Of a stretch of 64,000 bases of DNA, positions 50,215-60,351 are shown piece by piece. Made by a program: the position numbers and the translations under genes. Under the pieces are notes generated by a model, which did not search any database, was not told where the DNA came from, and saw nothing but the letters and a program-made list of their open reading frames with translations. Numbering within the stretch: the first letter of the stretch is position 1; each line of letters begins with the position of its first letter. This DNA is from Candidatus Limnocylindrales bacterium (GTDB taxonomy: Bacteria; Chloroflexota; Limnocylindria; Limnocylindrales; CSP1-4). The stretch lies in the NCBI GenBank assembly GCA_036558545.1, contig DATBFJ010000101.1, positions 364 to 64,363 of the forward strand. Direction: 5' to 3'.

Positions 50215-52269
50215 ATGCGTTCTCGATGGTCAAGATTCAGTAGCCGGGTCAGGGCGTATCCGCGCGCCGCGGTCCTGATCGTCGTGGTCATCGGGATCAC
50301 CCTCGTCGGTAGTGCCGCGTACCTGGCGACGCGGTCGGACCAGCCATCCGCGGGCAACCTTCCAACCCAGACCTCGGCCGGACGGTGGAGCCTCGTGACG
50401 CTTGCCCAGCAAATCGATGCGGGCAATGTGACGGCCGTCACTCTCGGCACTAACGGGGCCGGCGGGCAGGTCCTCCTGGCACAGACGCCCGCGGGTGAAT
50501 ACGTCGCCATTTCCGCTCCGGCGTCAGTCGCGGACGGCGCACAAGCGCTGATCAGCATGGGTTACGGCGACCTGCTGTCGCCCAATGTTCGCGAACTCGC
50601 GGACTCCACCTCCGTCGCGGCAAGCAGCGATCCGGTCAAGTCATTCATCAACATCGGTCTACTCCTGGTCCTGGGTGTCACGTTGGCGTTCTTCCTGTGG
50701 CGGATGCGCGATCGACTGCCGATTGGCGCGCGCGGCGCTGGACGCTTCTCGACGATCATGCCGGTGCCCACCCCGACTGGCGGCGGCACGACCGCGCCCG
50801 CACCGGTCAAAACCGCGCCGCCCGTCGGCTCCTCCGGTCTTGTACATCTCGACGATGTCGCCGGCTGCGAAGAAGCCAAGCTGGAGCTCGCCGAGCCGAT
50901 CGAGTTCCTGCGTCATCCCGACCGATTCCGCAGCCTGGGCGCGCGCGTGCCGCGCGGCATTCTCCTGTACGGGCCGCCGGGGACCGGCAAAACCATGCTC
51001 GCGCGCGCCGTCGCCACCGAAGCGGGCGTGCCGTTCCACCATGCCTCTGGGTCAGACTTTGTCGAAAAATATGTGGGCGTGGGCGCTCGACGTGTGCGTG
51101 ATCTCTTCGCCCAGTCGCGCAAGCTGGGCAAGGGCGTCATCTTCATTGACGAGTTCGACGCGTTGGGCAAGGCCCGTGGTGGCGCAAACAGCCACGAGGA
51201 GCGGGAGCAGACGCTCAATCAGCTGCTCGTCGAGATGGACGGCTTCACGACATCCACGGAGATCGTCGTGATCGCCGCCACGAATCGACTCGACGTGCTG
51301 GACGAAGCGCTGCTACGGCCGGGCAGGTTCAACCGAAAGGTCCACGTCGGCCTGCCGGACGTGGCCGGCCGGCGCGCGATCCTCGACGTCCATGCCCGCA
51401 ACAAGCCGCTTTCACCTGACGTCGACCTCGACCAGATCGCGCGCAAGACGTACGGCTTCTCCGGCGCGCAGCTCGCCGACCTGCTCAACGAGGCGGCAAT
51501 CATCGCCGCACGTCACGAGCATTCGACGATCAGCAATGAGGACATGCACGCCGGCTGGCTGAAAGTCGCCGTGGGCACGGGTCGCCGCCGCTCCATGAAC
51601 GAGCGCGATCGGGCCATCATTGCCGCCCACGAGGTTGGTCACGCGATCTGCGGCAAGGTCCACGGCGACACGCGCCGCGTAGAGGAGATCTCGCTCTTCG
51701 CCCATGGCGAAGCGCTGGGTGTCACGGTCAGTTCCCAGGAGGACAACGACCTGCCGTCAGAATCGGATCTGCGCGCGCGACTGATCGCGCTCATGGGCGG
51801 CCGGGCCGCCGAAGAGCTGCTGTTCCAGGAGGTGACGCCCGGCGCAGCGAACGACTTCGAAAAAGCCACTCAGATTGCGACGAGCATGGTCAACAGGTGG
51901 GGCATGGGCCGCGATCCGCGCGAAAGCGAGTCGCAGGGCAGAGGATCGCTCTCCTTCTTTGCCGCGAAGGCCGGCGCCACGTTGCCCTCGGAGCTGCAGG
52001 CCGCGGCGACGCGGGCGGTCGCCGCGATCCTGGATCAGGCTTATCGCGACGCGCGCGAGACGCTCATCGAGAATCTGGCGACGTTGCGCCGCATCGGCGT
52101 CTACCTCGTGCAGCAGGAACGCATCGACGGCGACACGTTTGATGCCCTGTTCGATGGTCGCCTCGAGGTTCCCGATGCGGACTCCGAGTGGCGCCCAGCG
52201 GCCGCACGGCCGCGAGACTGGTCGTCGATTGGCGCGCTGGCCACGAGTCTGGAAACGCCGCCTCAGTAG
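50215..52269 (+). CDS. ftsH: FtsH-family ATP-dependent zinc metalloprotease
   Basis: Two TMs, GPPGTGKT Walker A, IIFIDEFDA Walker B, SRH region and HEVGHAI zinc site. Start ATG 50215 after a G-rich RBS. Confidence 0.88.
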   Translation: MRSRWSRFSSRVRAYPRAAVLIVVVIGITLVGSAAYLATRSDQPSAGNLPTQTSAGRWSLVTLAQQIDAGNVTAVTLGTNGAGGQVLLAQTPAGEYVAISAPASVADGAQALISMGYGDLLSPNVRELADSTSVAASSDPVKSFINIGLLLVLGVTLAFFLWRMRDRLPIGARGAGRFSTIMPVPTPTGGGTTAPAPVKTAPPVGSSGLVHLDDVAGCEEAKLELAEPIEFLRHPDRFRSLGARVPRGILLYGPPGTGKTMLARAVATEAGVPFHHASGSDFVEKYVGVGARRVRDLFAQSRKLGKGVIFIDEFDALGKARGGANSHEEREQTLNQLLVEMDGFTTSTEIVVIAATNRLDVLDEALLRPGRFNRKVHVGLPDVAGRRAILDVHARNKPLSPDVDLDQIARKTYGFSGAQLADLLNEAAIIAARHEHSTISNEDMHAGWLKVAVGTGRRRSMNERDRAIIAAHEVGHAICGKVHGDTRRVEEISLFAHGEALGVTVSSQEDNDLPSESDLRARLIALMGGRAAEELLFQEVTPGAANDFEKATQIATSMVNRWGMGRDPRESESQGRGSLSFFAAKAGATLPSELQAAATRAVAAILDQAYRDARETLIENLATLRRIGVYLVQQERIDGDTFDALFDGRLEVPDADSEWRPAAARPRDWSSIGALATSLETPPQ

Positions 52270-52733
52270 ACGTACGGCACGAAGCGGCGCGTGTGAGCCG
52301 CATACACGACGTAGTCCGGATACTGGGACTTGAGCCACGCCTCCTCGCGGCGCGACTTCAGGTCGAGGAAAACCGTGAAGATCACGGCCACGAGCAACGC
52401 CGGCAGTGAGTCCATTGCGCACGCCCAGCCAAAGCTGACGAGGATCAAGCCCAGGTAGATCGGGTGCCGGACATAGGCATAGACACCGTCAGTGATCAGA
52501 TAGCCGTCTTCATTTGGTTTGGGATACGGACTGACGGACGTGCGCAAGCCACGGATGCCAGCGAAGACGAGTGCCGCGCCGATCGCGATCAGGATCGTGC
52601 CGACGGTGACGGCCAACAGGAGCATCGCGCCGTCGACGTCACCGCGGCCGCGCATGCCCGCGACGAGCAGAGCGCCGATCAGCAGCAGCTGGATCCCGAC
52701 CCAGCCTCCCCCACGCCGCCCGAGCGCAGGCAT
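52263..52733 (-). CDS. isoprenylcysteine carboxyl methyltransferase (ICMT/PEMT-like) family membrane protein
   Basis: LITDGVYAYVRHPIYLGLIL...EEAWL. Start ATG 52733. Confidence 0.8.
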   Translation of the reverse strand: MPALGRRGGGWVGIQLLLIGALLVAGMRGRGDVDGAMLLLAVTVGTILIAIGAALVFAGIRGLRTSVSPYPKPNEDGYLITDGVYAYVRHPIYLGLILVSFGWACAMDSLPALLVAVIFTVFLDLKSRREEAWLKSQYPDYVVYAAHTRRFVPYVY

Positions 52734-52764
52734 GTTCGATGACGTTGGCTGCTCCACCACGCTT

Positions 52765-53580
52765 CTATGCCTCGCCCGTGGGCACTCCGAGGACGTTGAA
52801 GCCCGCGTCGACGTACAGCGTTTCGCCGGTGACGCCGGCAGAAAGGTCACTGGCCAGGAACACGGCCGTGGCACCCACGTCGTCGATGGTGACGTTGCGG
52901 CGCATCGGCGCGACGTCACGGAACTTGCCGTACATCGTTTTGAACCCGGACACGCCACTCGCGGCGAGGGTGCGAATAGGTCCGGCGCTTATGGCGTTGA
53001 CGCGAATACCGTCTGGCCCAAGATCAGCTGCCATGTAGCGCACGCTCGCTTCGAGCGCGGCCTTCGCGACACCCATGACGTTGTAGTTGGCGACTACCTT
53101 CTCCGCGCCGTAGTAGCTGAGGGTCATGATGCTGCCGCCGCCGGTCATCAACGGCGCGGCGGCGCGACCGAGCGCGACCAGCGAATACGCGCTCACATCG
53201 AGTGCGAGCGCGAAGCCGCCGCGCGACGTGTCGACAAATCGTCCGTCCAACTCCTCGCGCCTGGCGAAAGCGAGGGCATGAACCAGGATGTCCAGTCGGC
53301 CCTGCTCCCTCTGCCAGCGGGCGAACACTCGCTCGATATCGGAGTCGCTCTGAACATCGCACGGCTCGACGAATTTCGAGCTTATCGAATCCGCGAGCGG
53401 CTGAACCCGTTTCTCGATAAGCGCCTCGATCGAGCTGAAGCCGACATCGGCCCCGGCGGCGTCGAGCGCCCTCGCGATGCCCCACGCGATCGAGTGGTCA
53501 TTGGCCACTCCAAAGATCAGCGCCTTGCGCCCCGTCAGCAGGCCGGCCGGAATGGCCGGAGCGTTTTCCGTCTCGTTCAC
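52765..53580 (-). CDS. fabI: enoyl-[acyl-carrier-protein] reductase (NADH)
   Basis: [23 protein letters not shown]...[17 protein letters not shown]...[16 protein letters not shown] 53580. Confidence 0.9.
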   Translation of the reverse strand: MNETENAPAIPAGLLTGRKALIFGVANDHSIAWGIARALDAAGADVGFSSIEALIEKRVQPLADSISSKFVEPCDVQSDSDIERVFARWQREQGRLDILVHALAFARREELDGRFVDTSRGGFALALDVSAYSLVALGRAAAPLMTGGGSIMTLSYYGAEKVVANYNVMGVAKAALEASVRYMAADLGPDGIRVNAISAGPIRTLAASGVSGFKTMYGKFRDVAPMRRNVTIDDVGATAVFLASDLSAGVTGETLYVDAGFNVLGVPTGEA

Positions 53581-53605
53581 GGAGCGATCGTAGACGGCGG
53601 CGCAA

Positions 53606-55039
53606 TCACCGGGCAGAGATCTCGATCGCGCGCCGATACATCGCGACGTAGTCGCGCGCTGGGCCGCGCCAGGAAAAGTCGACGGCCATGCCCAGCCGCT
53701 GGATGGCGCGGCGGCGCGGTCCATCACCCAGCGCGGCCATGGCGCGTCGCGCCGCGTCCAGCAGCGCGACCGGCTCGGCGGGGCCAAAGACGAAGCCCGT
53801 GCCATTTTCCGGGTCCGCGTCTGCATCTATGACGGTGTCGGCCAAGCCGCCGGTCGCGCGCACGACCGGCAAGGTTCCGTAGCGCAACGCGATCATCTGG
53901 CCCTGGCCGCACGGCTCAAAACGGGAGGGCATCAGGAACGCGTCCGCCCCGGCATACATGCGTCGCGCCAGGGCACGGTCAAATCGCGCCGCGACCACCA
54001 GTCTGCCGCGACCCGCCGAGGATTCGGCCAGGTCCTCGAGGTCTTCGATGAGCCGTTGATCGCCCGTGCCGAGGACGCAGATCCGAGCGCCGTCGGCGAG
54101 AAGGTCGCCCGCCGTCTCGGCGAGCAGGTCGAAGCCCTTCTGCGGATCGAGCCTGCCGATCATTGCAAACAGCGGCCCGCCCGGATCGAGCTCAAGCTCG
54201 GCGCACAGCGACGCGCGGCAGGCATCCTTGCCGGCCAGGTCGGTGGCTGAATATCGGGCGATGACCCCGGGGTCCGTGGCAGGGTTCCAGAGCTCCGTGT
54301 CGATGCCGTTGATGATCCCGATGTACCTGTCACCCAGGGACCGCAACGCGTCGTCCACGCCCGCGCCAAACTCGGGCGTCAGCGACTCGCGCGCAAAACC
54401 GGGCGAGACGGTGTTGACCATGTCGGCCGCAACGATGCCCTCGCGCAGCAGATCGACGCCGTCAGCCTTGCCCACGCTCTCGGGCAGGTCCAGCTGACCG
54501 GCGACCTCCGTGCGCGTCACCCAGCCGTGGTATGCGAGGTTGTGGCAGCTCATGACCGTTGCCGCGCGCGACACGATCGGATCGTCCGCGTACACGAAGC
54601 GGCGCAACAGAATGGCCGGAGCGCCTTCCCAGTCGTGGACGTGGATGACGTCGTAGGGCTTTGCCTCAGCGCGCATCGCCTCGAGCGCGGCGCGGCCAAG
54701 CAACGAGAAGCGAAAGCCGTTGTCGGCAAAGTCCGCTCCGCCGCTGACGTAGTACTCCGGACGGTCGAAGCTCGGTGGATGGTCGACCAGTCGCAGCGTG
54801 TAGCCGCGGCCGGGCGCGGACCACAAGGTAACGCCCACATCGCCATGTGAGCCAAAGGGCACAGCCAGGTCAAGACGCTCGACGGGCTCCGACGGATCCA
54901 GTCCCCGGTAGCGCGGGAGATACACGTCGACTTCGTGGCCGGCCTGACCCAGCGCACGCGACAGGGCATCCACGACATCAGCGAGGCCACCGGTCTTGGC
55001 GTACGGCTCGCATTCCGAGGCAATCATGGCGACGCGCAT
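53606..55039 (-). CDS. glgA: glycogen synthase (GT5, ADP-glucose type)
   Basis: [23 protein letters not shown]...HDWEGA...[12 protein letters not shown]. Start ATG 55039. Confidence 0.9.
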   Translation of the reverse strand: MRVAMIASECEPYAKTGGLADVVDALSRALGQAGHEVDVYLPRYRGLDPSEPVERLDLAVPFGSHGDVGVTLWSAPGRGYTLRLVDHPPSFDRPEYYVSGGADFADNGFRFSLLGRAALEAMRAEAKPYDVIHVHDWEGAPAILLRRFVYADDPIVSRAATVMSCHNLAYHGWVTRTEVAGQLDLPESVGKADGVDLLREGIVAADMVNTVSPGFARESLTPEFGAGVDDALRSLGDRYIGIINGIDTELWNPATDPGVIARYSATDLAGKDACRASLCAELELDPGGPLFAMIGRLDPQKGFDLLAETAGDLLADGARICVLGTGDQRLIEDLEDLAESSAGRGRLVVAARFDRALARRMYAGADAFLMPSRFEPCGQGQMIALRYGTLPVVRATGGLADTVIDADADPENGTGFVFGPAEPVALLDAARRAMAALGDGPRRRAIQRLGMAVDFSWRGPARDYVAMYRRAIEISAR

Positions 55040-55105
55040 GGGCGACGATCTTAGTCCGCGACCAGGCCGCCAAGCGGACCACGCCGGGCGCCCGCCGCAA
55101 ATCGG

Positions 55106-55121
55106 CAGCAAACGTTTGCTG
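55106..55121. promoter_or_regulatory. perfect 16-bp palindrome CAGCAAACGTTTGCTG in the glgA/glgP divergent region (LacI/GalR-type operator candidate)
   Basis: Perfect dyad with a central AAACGTTT, located 67 nt from the glgA start and 46 nt from the glgP start. Confidence 0.45.
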
Positions 55122-55166
55122 TCCGCACGTTGAACTGGGCTACGGTCGATTCGGGGAGGCTGTAGC

Positions 55167-57365
55167 ATGCCCCTCATCGTGCCTCGAAGGATCGAAATAC
55201 CGACCCTGCCGGCTGCAGGTCTGCGCCTTCCTCCGCAGCTCGAAGGGCTGCAGCGACTCGCCTACAACCATTACTGGATGTGGCATCCGCGTGTGCGCGT
55301 CCTCTTCCGTCGGATCGACGTGCAGGCATGGCTGCGTTACCGCAACCCGGTGCCCGTGCTCCATCAGCAGCGGGACTGGTCGCCGGTCCTCGACGACGTC
55401 GACCTGATGGCCGAATACCAGACGCTGCTAAGCGACTTCGACAGGTACATGGAGAACGGCGCGGGCCATTGGTTTGAGCGACAGCACGGCCGCGACTTCT
55501 CCCGTCCGATTGCCTATTTCTGCGCCGAGTACGGCCTCAACGAGTCGCTCGGGATCTACTCGGGCGGCTTGGGCGTGCTCGCCGGAGATCACTTGAAGGC
55601 AGCCTCCGATATGGCCATCCCGCTGGTCGGGGTGGGACTCTTTTATCGCCACGGCTACTTCCGCCAGACGATCGACGCAGATGGCCACCAGGAACATGCC
55701 TACCCGGATTACGACCCGCTCCGCCTGCCCCTGTCGCGCGTGGCCGCAACCGACGGCGGTCCGCTGACGATCGGCGTCGAGATGCCCGGTCGAACCGTCT
55801 TCTGCGCGGTGTGGCTGGGCCAGGTGGGCCGCGTGCCCTTGCTGCTGCTCGACACGGACATCCCCGACAACGACACCGCGGATCGGCCGATCACCCACAT
55901 CCTGTACGTCCGCGGCCGCGAGATGCGCCTGCACCAGGAGATGGTCCTTGGCGTGGGCGGCGTCCGGGCACTGCGCGCCTTGAACATCGACCCGCAGGCG
56001 TGGCATCTGAACGAGGGCCACTCGGCGTTCATGCTCGTCGAACGAATGCGCGAGCTCACGCTCAATGGCGTGTCGATGGACGAGGCGCTCGAGCGGGTGA
56101 AGCAGAACGCGGTCTTTACGATCCACACGCCGGTCAGTGCCGGCAACGAGCGATTTGACGCGAGCCTGGTCCGCAAGCTCGCGGCGCCGCTGGCGGCAGA
56201 CAGCGGCCTCGAGCTTGAGCGCGTCATCGAGCTCGCGCGCGGCACGGACAACGACCCTGAGCAGTTCGACATGACAGCCTTCTCGCTGCGCGAGACGAAC
56301 GGCGCCAATGCCGTCTCGCAGCTGCACGCGCAAACCGCGAACGCGACGTGGAACGATGTCACCGCCAAGCCCATCCTGGGCATCACCAACGGCGTTCATC
56401 CGCCGAGCTGGGTCGGCGGTCCGTTCAGGCAGCTCTACGAGTCGGTCGGTGGCGATCTCGACAACCTCGATCCACATCCGAAAACGTTCCTGGCCAAGGT
56501 CGCCAAGATGCCCGACGAGGAGATCTGGGAGGCGCATCGACGGCAGAAGCTTGAGCTGGCCTATTTCTCGCGGCGCAGACTCCAACAGCAGTTCGCTCGC
56601 CACGGCGAGGCGCCGCTCGTCCTGGAAGAGCTGGCGGATGCGCTCGATCACGAAGTGCTGACAATCGGTTTTGCCCGGCGCTTCGCTACCTACAAGCGGG
56701 CCAACCTCATCTTCAGTGACGAGGAGCGCCTCGCGCGCATACTGCTCGACGACGAACGCCCGGTACAGATCGTGTTCGCGGGCAAAGCCCACCCTGCCGA
56801 TCGGCCGGGCCAACGCGTCATCCAGGACATCTTCGCGCGCAGCCGGTCGCCAAAATTCGCCCAGCGCGTCTTCGTCGTCGAGGACTACGACATCCGCGTC
56901 GCCCGCTACCTGGTGCAGGGTGTCGATATCTGGCTGAACAACCCACGCCGGCCGCTCGAGGCCTCGGGCACAAGCGGCATGAAGGCCGCCATGAACGGAA
57001 TCATCAACTGCTCCGTACTCGACGGCTGGTGGGACGAGGGCTACAACGGCTCCAACGGCTGGGCCATCGGCGGACGCGAGAACAATGCCGACGAGGGTGC
57101 CCAGGACTGGGCGGACGCACAGGATCTGTATCGGCTGCTCGAGAACGAGATCGTGCCGATGTACTACGAGCGCGACCGCAAGGGCTTGCCTCAGCGCTGG
57201 CTGGACATGATGCGCAATTCCATGTCGAGCACGATCTGGCAGTTTTCGACGAGTCGGATGCTCCAGGAATACGTGGAGCAGCTCTACGTTCCGGCCGCGC
57301 AAAATGACGCGGCGCGTCCTGCCCCGGAAGCGCGCCCTCGAGCCAGGGCTTCAACTGCGGCCTGA
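55167..57365 (+). CDS. glgP: alpha-glucan phosphorylase (GT35, TIGR02094-like)
   Basis: GGLGVLAGDHLKAASDMAIPLVGVGLFYRHGYFRQ...EASGTSGMKAAMNG. Confidence 0.9.
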   Translation: MPLIVPRRIEIPTLPAAGLRLPPQLEGLQRLAYNHYWMWHPRVRVLFRRIDVQAWLRYRNPVPVLHQQRDWSPVLDDVDLMAEYQTLLSDFDRYMENGAGHWFERQHGRDFSRPIAYFCAEYGLNESLGIYSGGLGVLAGDHLKAASDMAIPLVGVGLFYRHGYFRQTIDADGHQEHAYPDYDPLRLPLSRVAATDGGPLTIGVEMPGRTVFCAVWLGQVGRVPLLLLDTDIPDNDTADRPITHILYVRGREMRLHQEMVLGVGGVRALRALNIDPQAWHLNEGHSAFMLVERMRELTLNGVSMDEALERVKQNAVFTIHTPVSAGNERFDASLVRKLAAPLAADSGLELERVIELARGTDNDPEQFDMTAFSLRETNGANAVSQLHAQTANATWNDVTAKPILGITNGVHPPSWVGGPFRQLYESVGGDLDNLDPHPKTFLAKVAKMPDEEIWEAHRRQKLELAYFSRRRLQQQFARHGEAPLVLEELADALDHEVLTIGFARRFATYKRANLIFSDEERLARILLDDERPVQIVFAGKAHPADRPGQRVIQDIFARSRSPKFAQRVFVVEDYDIRVARYLVQGVDIWLNNPRRPLEASGTSGMKAAMNGIINCSVLDGWWDEGYNGSNGWAIGGRENNADEGAQDWADAQDLYRLLENEIVPMYYERDRKGLPQRWLDMMRNSMSSTIWQFSTSRMLQEYVEQLYVPAAQNDAARPAPEARPRARASTAA

Positions 57366-59411
57366 TTGACCAGATCGATCTCGCTCGCGCTGGTCATCCA
57401 TAACCACCAGCCCGTCGGCAACTTTGGCTGGATCATCGAGGACGTCTACAAGAACGCATACGAGCCGATGATCGGCGCCCTCGAGGCCCATCCCGCTGTG
57501 CACGTGGCGCTCCACTACACGGGCCCGTTGCTCCAGTGGATGGCGGCCGAGCGGCCTGATTCGATCGAGCGTTTGCGAACGCTCGTCGCGCGCGACCAGA
57601 TCGAGATCCTGGGTGGCGGCATGTTCGAGCCGATACTGGTCTCGCTGCCCGAGCGCGACCGGACCGGCCAGCTCGAGCGGATGCGCGACGAAGTCACTGC
57701 GATGTTTGGCAGGGCCCCGCGCGGCGCGTGGCTCGCCGAGCGAGTCTGGGAGCCAGCGCTACCGAACGACCTGGCCTCCGCGGGCTACGAATACACGGTC
57801 CTTGACGACAACCACCTGCGCGGGGCTTTCGTTCCAGAGAACGAGATGTGGAACACGTTCACGACCGACGACCAGGGCAGGCTCCTGACGATCTTCGGAA
57901 CTGAGCGCGGGCTGCGCTATCGAATTCCGTGGCAGCCGGTCGGCGACCTGATCGATTACATGCGCGCCAACGCCACTGATGATGGCGAACGTGTCGGGAT
58001 CATGGGGGACGACGGCGAGAAGTTCGGCGGCTGGCCTGGAACCCACGAGCTGTGCTGGACCAACGAGCGCTGGATCGAACGGTGCTTCACGGCACTCGAG
58101 GAGAACGACTCGTGGCTCTCGACAGTCACTCCAACCCGGTGGATGGAGGAGCACGCGCCCGTGGGCCGGGTCTACATCCCCACGGCCTCGTACGGCGAGA
58201 TGGACGGCTGGGCACTGCCCGTCGACGACCAGCCCGTGTTCAACCGGCTGATGGATCACGCGACTTCACGCAACCTGCCCGAGATGCGCTTCCTGCGCGG
58301 TGCGCTGTGGCGCAACTTCCAGGCGCGCTATCGCGAGATCAACGATCTGCACAAGCAGATGCTGCGCGTCTCCGGCGTCGTCGAGCAGATGCCCGCGGGC
58401 GAGCTCCGTGATCGTGCTCGGGATCACCTGTTCCGTGGCCAGTCGAACGATTGCTACTGGCACGGCTGGTTTGGCGGCGTGTACATCGTCCATATGCGCA
58501 TGGCGACGCTGGCCGAGCTGATTGGCGCGGAGGATCTCGCGTTGGGGACATCGAAGCCGCTCGCGGGCGTCGCCGACTACGACCTTGACGGTATCGACGA
58601 AGTCGCGCTCGGGACGCCGGGCCAGACTGTCGTCGTCGATGTGGCCGAAGGCGCAGGCATCGGATCGTGGGACCTCCGACCGACGCGGCTTGCCCTGTCG
58701 TCAGTGCTCCGTCGCAGGCCGGAGCCGTACCACGACACGATTCGTGGCGCGCAGCACGCAACGGAGATCGTGGCCAAGCACGACGCCCTCGCGGCTTCGA
58801 TCGAGTACGACGATCACGAAAGGCGCAGCGGCCTGGTGCGCGCGTTGGATGACAGCGGTGTGGAGGTCGATGACTTCGATCGCAAGCCTTGGGAGATCGG
58901 CGAAGCCACCGAATCACAGCTGACGGTCATTCGCGATGCGGATGGCCTGCGATTGCGCAAGACCATCACCGTCGGCGGCGATCGAGTCGCCGGTTCCTTG
59001 ACGCTTCGCGTCGACGTCACAGCCGGGCGCGAGTTCAATGGCGCGCTCGAGGTCGAGTGGAACGTCAACCTGCTCGGCGGCGGCGCGAATCCAGCCGCGT
59101 ACTACCGCTCAGGTGCTGAGGAGTGGCGGCACGATTCCGAAGGAGCGGTCGTGGCCGGCGCCGATTTGAGCTTCGGCAACTCGTACGAAGGCGTGGACAT
59201 TCGTCTTGGTACGAACCCGCCGGCGCCGGCAGAGTGGTTCGCTGTCGAGACGGTGTCCAACTCCGACTCAGGTTACGAACGCGTCTATCAGGGTTCGTGC
59301 CTGATCCAGCGCTGGCCCTTGGCGCTCGCCGCCGGCGCCTCCGAGACGTTCACGACGATCTTGAGTTTCACGCAGTCGCGAGACCGCACCGCCGAGGAAG
59401 CTTCCGCCTAA
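57366..59411 (+). CDS. GH57-family alpha-amylase / 4-alpha-glucanotransferase-like protein
   Basis: ISLALVIHNHQPVGNF...HYTGPLLQW...EILGGGMFEPIL...WLAERVWEP. The TTG start abuts the glgP stop. Confidence 0.85.
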   Translation: MTRSISLALVIHNHQPVGNFGWIIEDVYKNAYEPMIGALEAHPAVHVALHYTGPLLQWMAAERPDSIERLRTLVARDQIEILGGGMFEPILVSLPERDRTGQLERMRDEVTAMFGRAPRGAWLAERVWEPALPNDLASAGYEYTVLDDNHLRGAFVPENEMWNTFTTDDQGRLLTIFGTERGLRYRIPWQPVGDLIDYMRANATDDGERVGIMGDDGEKFGGWPGTHELCWTNERWIERCFTALEENDSWLSTVTPTRWMEEHAPVGRVYIPTASYGEMDGWALPVDDQPVFNRLMDHATSRNLPEMRFLRGALWRNFQARYREINDLHKQMLRVSGVVEQMPAGELRDRARDHLFRGQSNDCYWHGWFGGVYIVHMRMATLAELIGAEDLALGTSKPLAGVADYDLDGIDEVALGTPGQTVVVDVAEGAGIGSWDLRPTRLALSSVLRRRPEPYHDTIRGAQHATEIVAKHDALAASIEYDDHERRSGLVRALDDSGVEVDDFDRKPWEIGEATESQLTVIRDADGLRLRKTITVGGDRVAGSLTLRVDVTAGREFNGALEVEWNVNLLGGGANPAAYYRSGAEEWRHDSEGAVVAGADLSFGNSYEGVDIRLGTNPPAPAEWFAVETVSNSDSGYERVYQGSCLIQRWPLALAAGASETFTTILSFTQSRDRTAEEASA

Positions 59412-59647
59412 GCGGCGAGCGCGTCAGCCACCGGGACTTCGGCGATGCGCAGATGAACGTGGCCCGGCGCGGTTACGACATTCCACATTCGGTGCAGTCG
59501 GTTCTCGTGTGGCTCGGCCGTAACGGCACACTCCAGCCACATGGCGCCGTCGCGATAGGTGGTGACAGTTTCTCGACCGCATTCGCAGTACGGACGATCC
59601 GCATAAGCACGTTCGACCAAGTCGACCAGCCGCAGCTCGTCGAGCAT
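59408..59647 (-). CDS. hypothetical 79-aa protein
   Basis: ATG 59647. MLDELRLVDLVERAYADRPYCECGRE...WLEC. Divergent from the TetR gene. No family recognised. Confidence 0.4.
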   Translation of the reverse strand: MLDELRLVDLVERAYADRPYCECGRETVTTYRDGAMWLECAVTAEPHENRLHRMWNVVTAPGHVHLRIAEVPVADALAA

Positions 59648-59668
59648 TTTACGTATGCTCCTTTCTTT

Positions 59669-59685
59669 CGATACGCTCCGTATCG
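59669..59685. promoter_or_regulatory. 7-3-7 palindrome CGATACG-CTC-CGTATCG, candidate TetR operator
   Basis: Lies in the divergent region between 59647 (minus-strand gene) and the TetR reading frame. Confidence 0.35.
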
Positions 59686-59730
59686 TATCATATTGCGACG
59701 AACGAACTACGCCACACCCCAGGGAAGCGG

Positions 59731-60351
59731 TTTGGAAGAGGTCGTCCACGCAGCACGGCGGCTGATCGGGCGATCCTTGAGGCGTTTCGCCTTGAGCTGA
59801 GCGAGAGCGGCTACGCCGACCTGCGCCTCGAGCGGGTCGCGGCACGTGCGGGCGTGGGCAAATCCACGCTCTACAGGCGCTGGCCATCGAAGGAGGCGCT
59901 CTCAGAAGAGCTGCTTGAGAGGCTCGCGGGTCCGCACATAGCCATCGCCGATGTCGGCAACACCCGTGACGAACTTCTTGCCGCAGTCGTCCAGCCGATG
60001 CGCGCGGTCACTCACACACCATTCGGCGCGGTTATCCGCGCTCTGCTGTCGCAGATCGCGGTCAATCCCAAGATCGGAGACCCATTTCGGAAGGGCGTGG
60101 TGGAGGCGCGACGGACTGAAATCTCCCGTGCCGTGGAGCGCGGGATCGTCCGTGGGGACCTGAAGTCCACCGCCGACCCAGGGCTGGCCATCGATCTGTT
60201 GGTGGGGCCGGTTTACTTTCGCGTCATGTTCGGCGGCGAGCTCGATCTCGAGTTCGCCAGCCGCGTGGTCGACGCCTACCTGGTCGCGTTCGGTACTGCG
60301 TCGGTGGCCAGTCGAGCAGCCCGTTCTGGCTCGGCAATTGCCACCTGGTAG
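59731..60351 (+). CDS. TetR-family regulator; true start unresolved (no canonical start codon upstream of its HTH)
   Basis: In-frame translation from about 59731 reads FGRGRPRSTAADRAILEAFRLELSESGYADLRLERVAARAGVGKSTLYRRWPSKEAL. The track ORF begins only at GTG 59854, inside the HTH. 59731 is the extent of homology, not a start codon. Confidence 0.6.
   Translation, partial: FGRGRPRSTAADRAILEAFRLELSESGYADLRLERVAARAGVGKSTLYRRWPSKEALSEELLERLAGPHIAIADVGNTRDELLAAVVQPMRAVTHTPFGAVIRALLSQIAVNPKIGDPFRKGVVEARRTEISRAVERGIVRGDLKSTADPGLAIDLLVGPVYFRVMFGGELDLEFASRVVDAYLVAFGTASVASRAARSGSAIATW

Noticed and set aside
55428-57302. 624-aa ORF on the minus strand
   Set aside because: It is fully antisense to the clearly recognisable glgP gene. 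Its translation is Arg/Ala/Val-rich with no family motifs. It is a typical high-GC shadow ORF.
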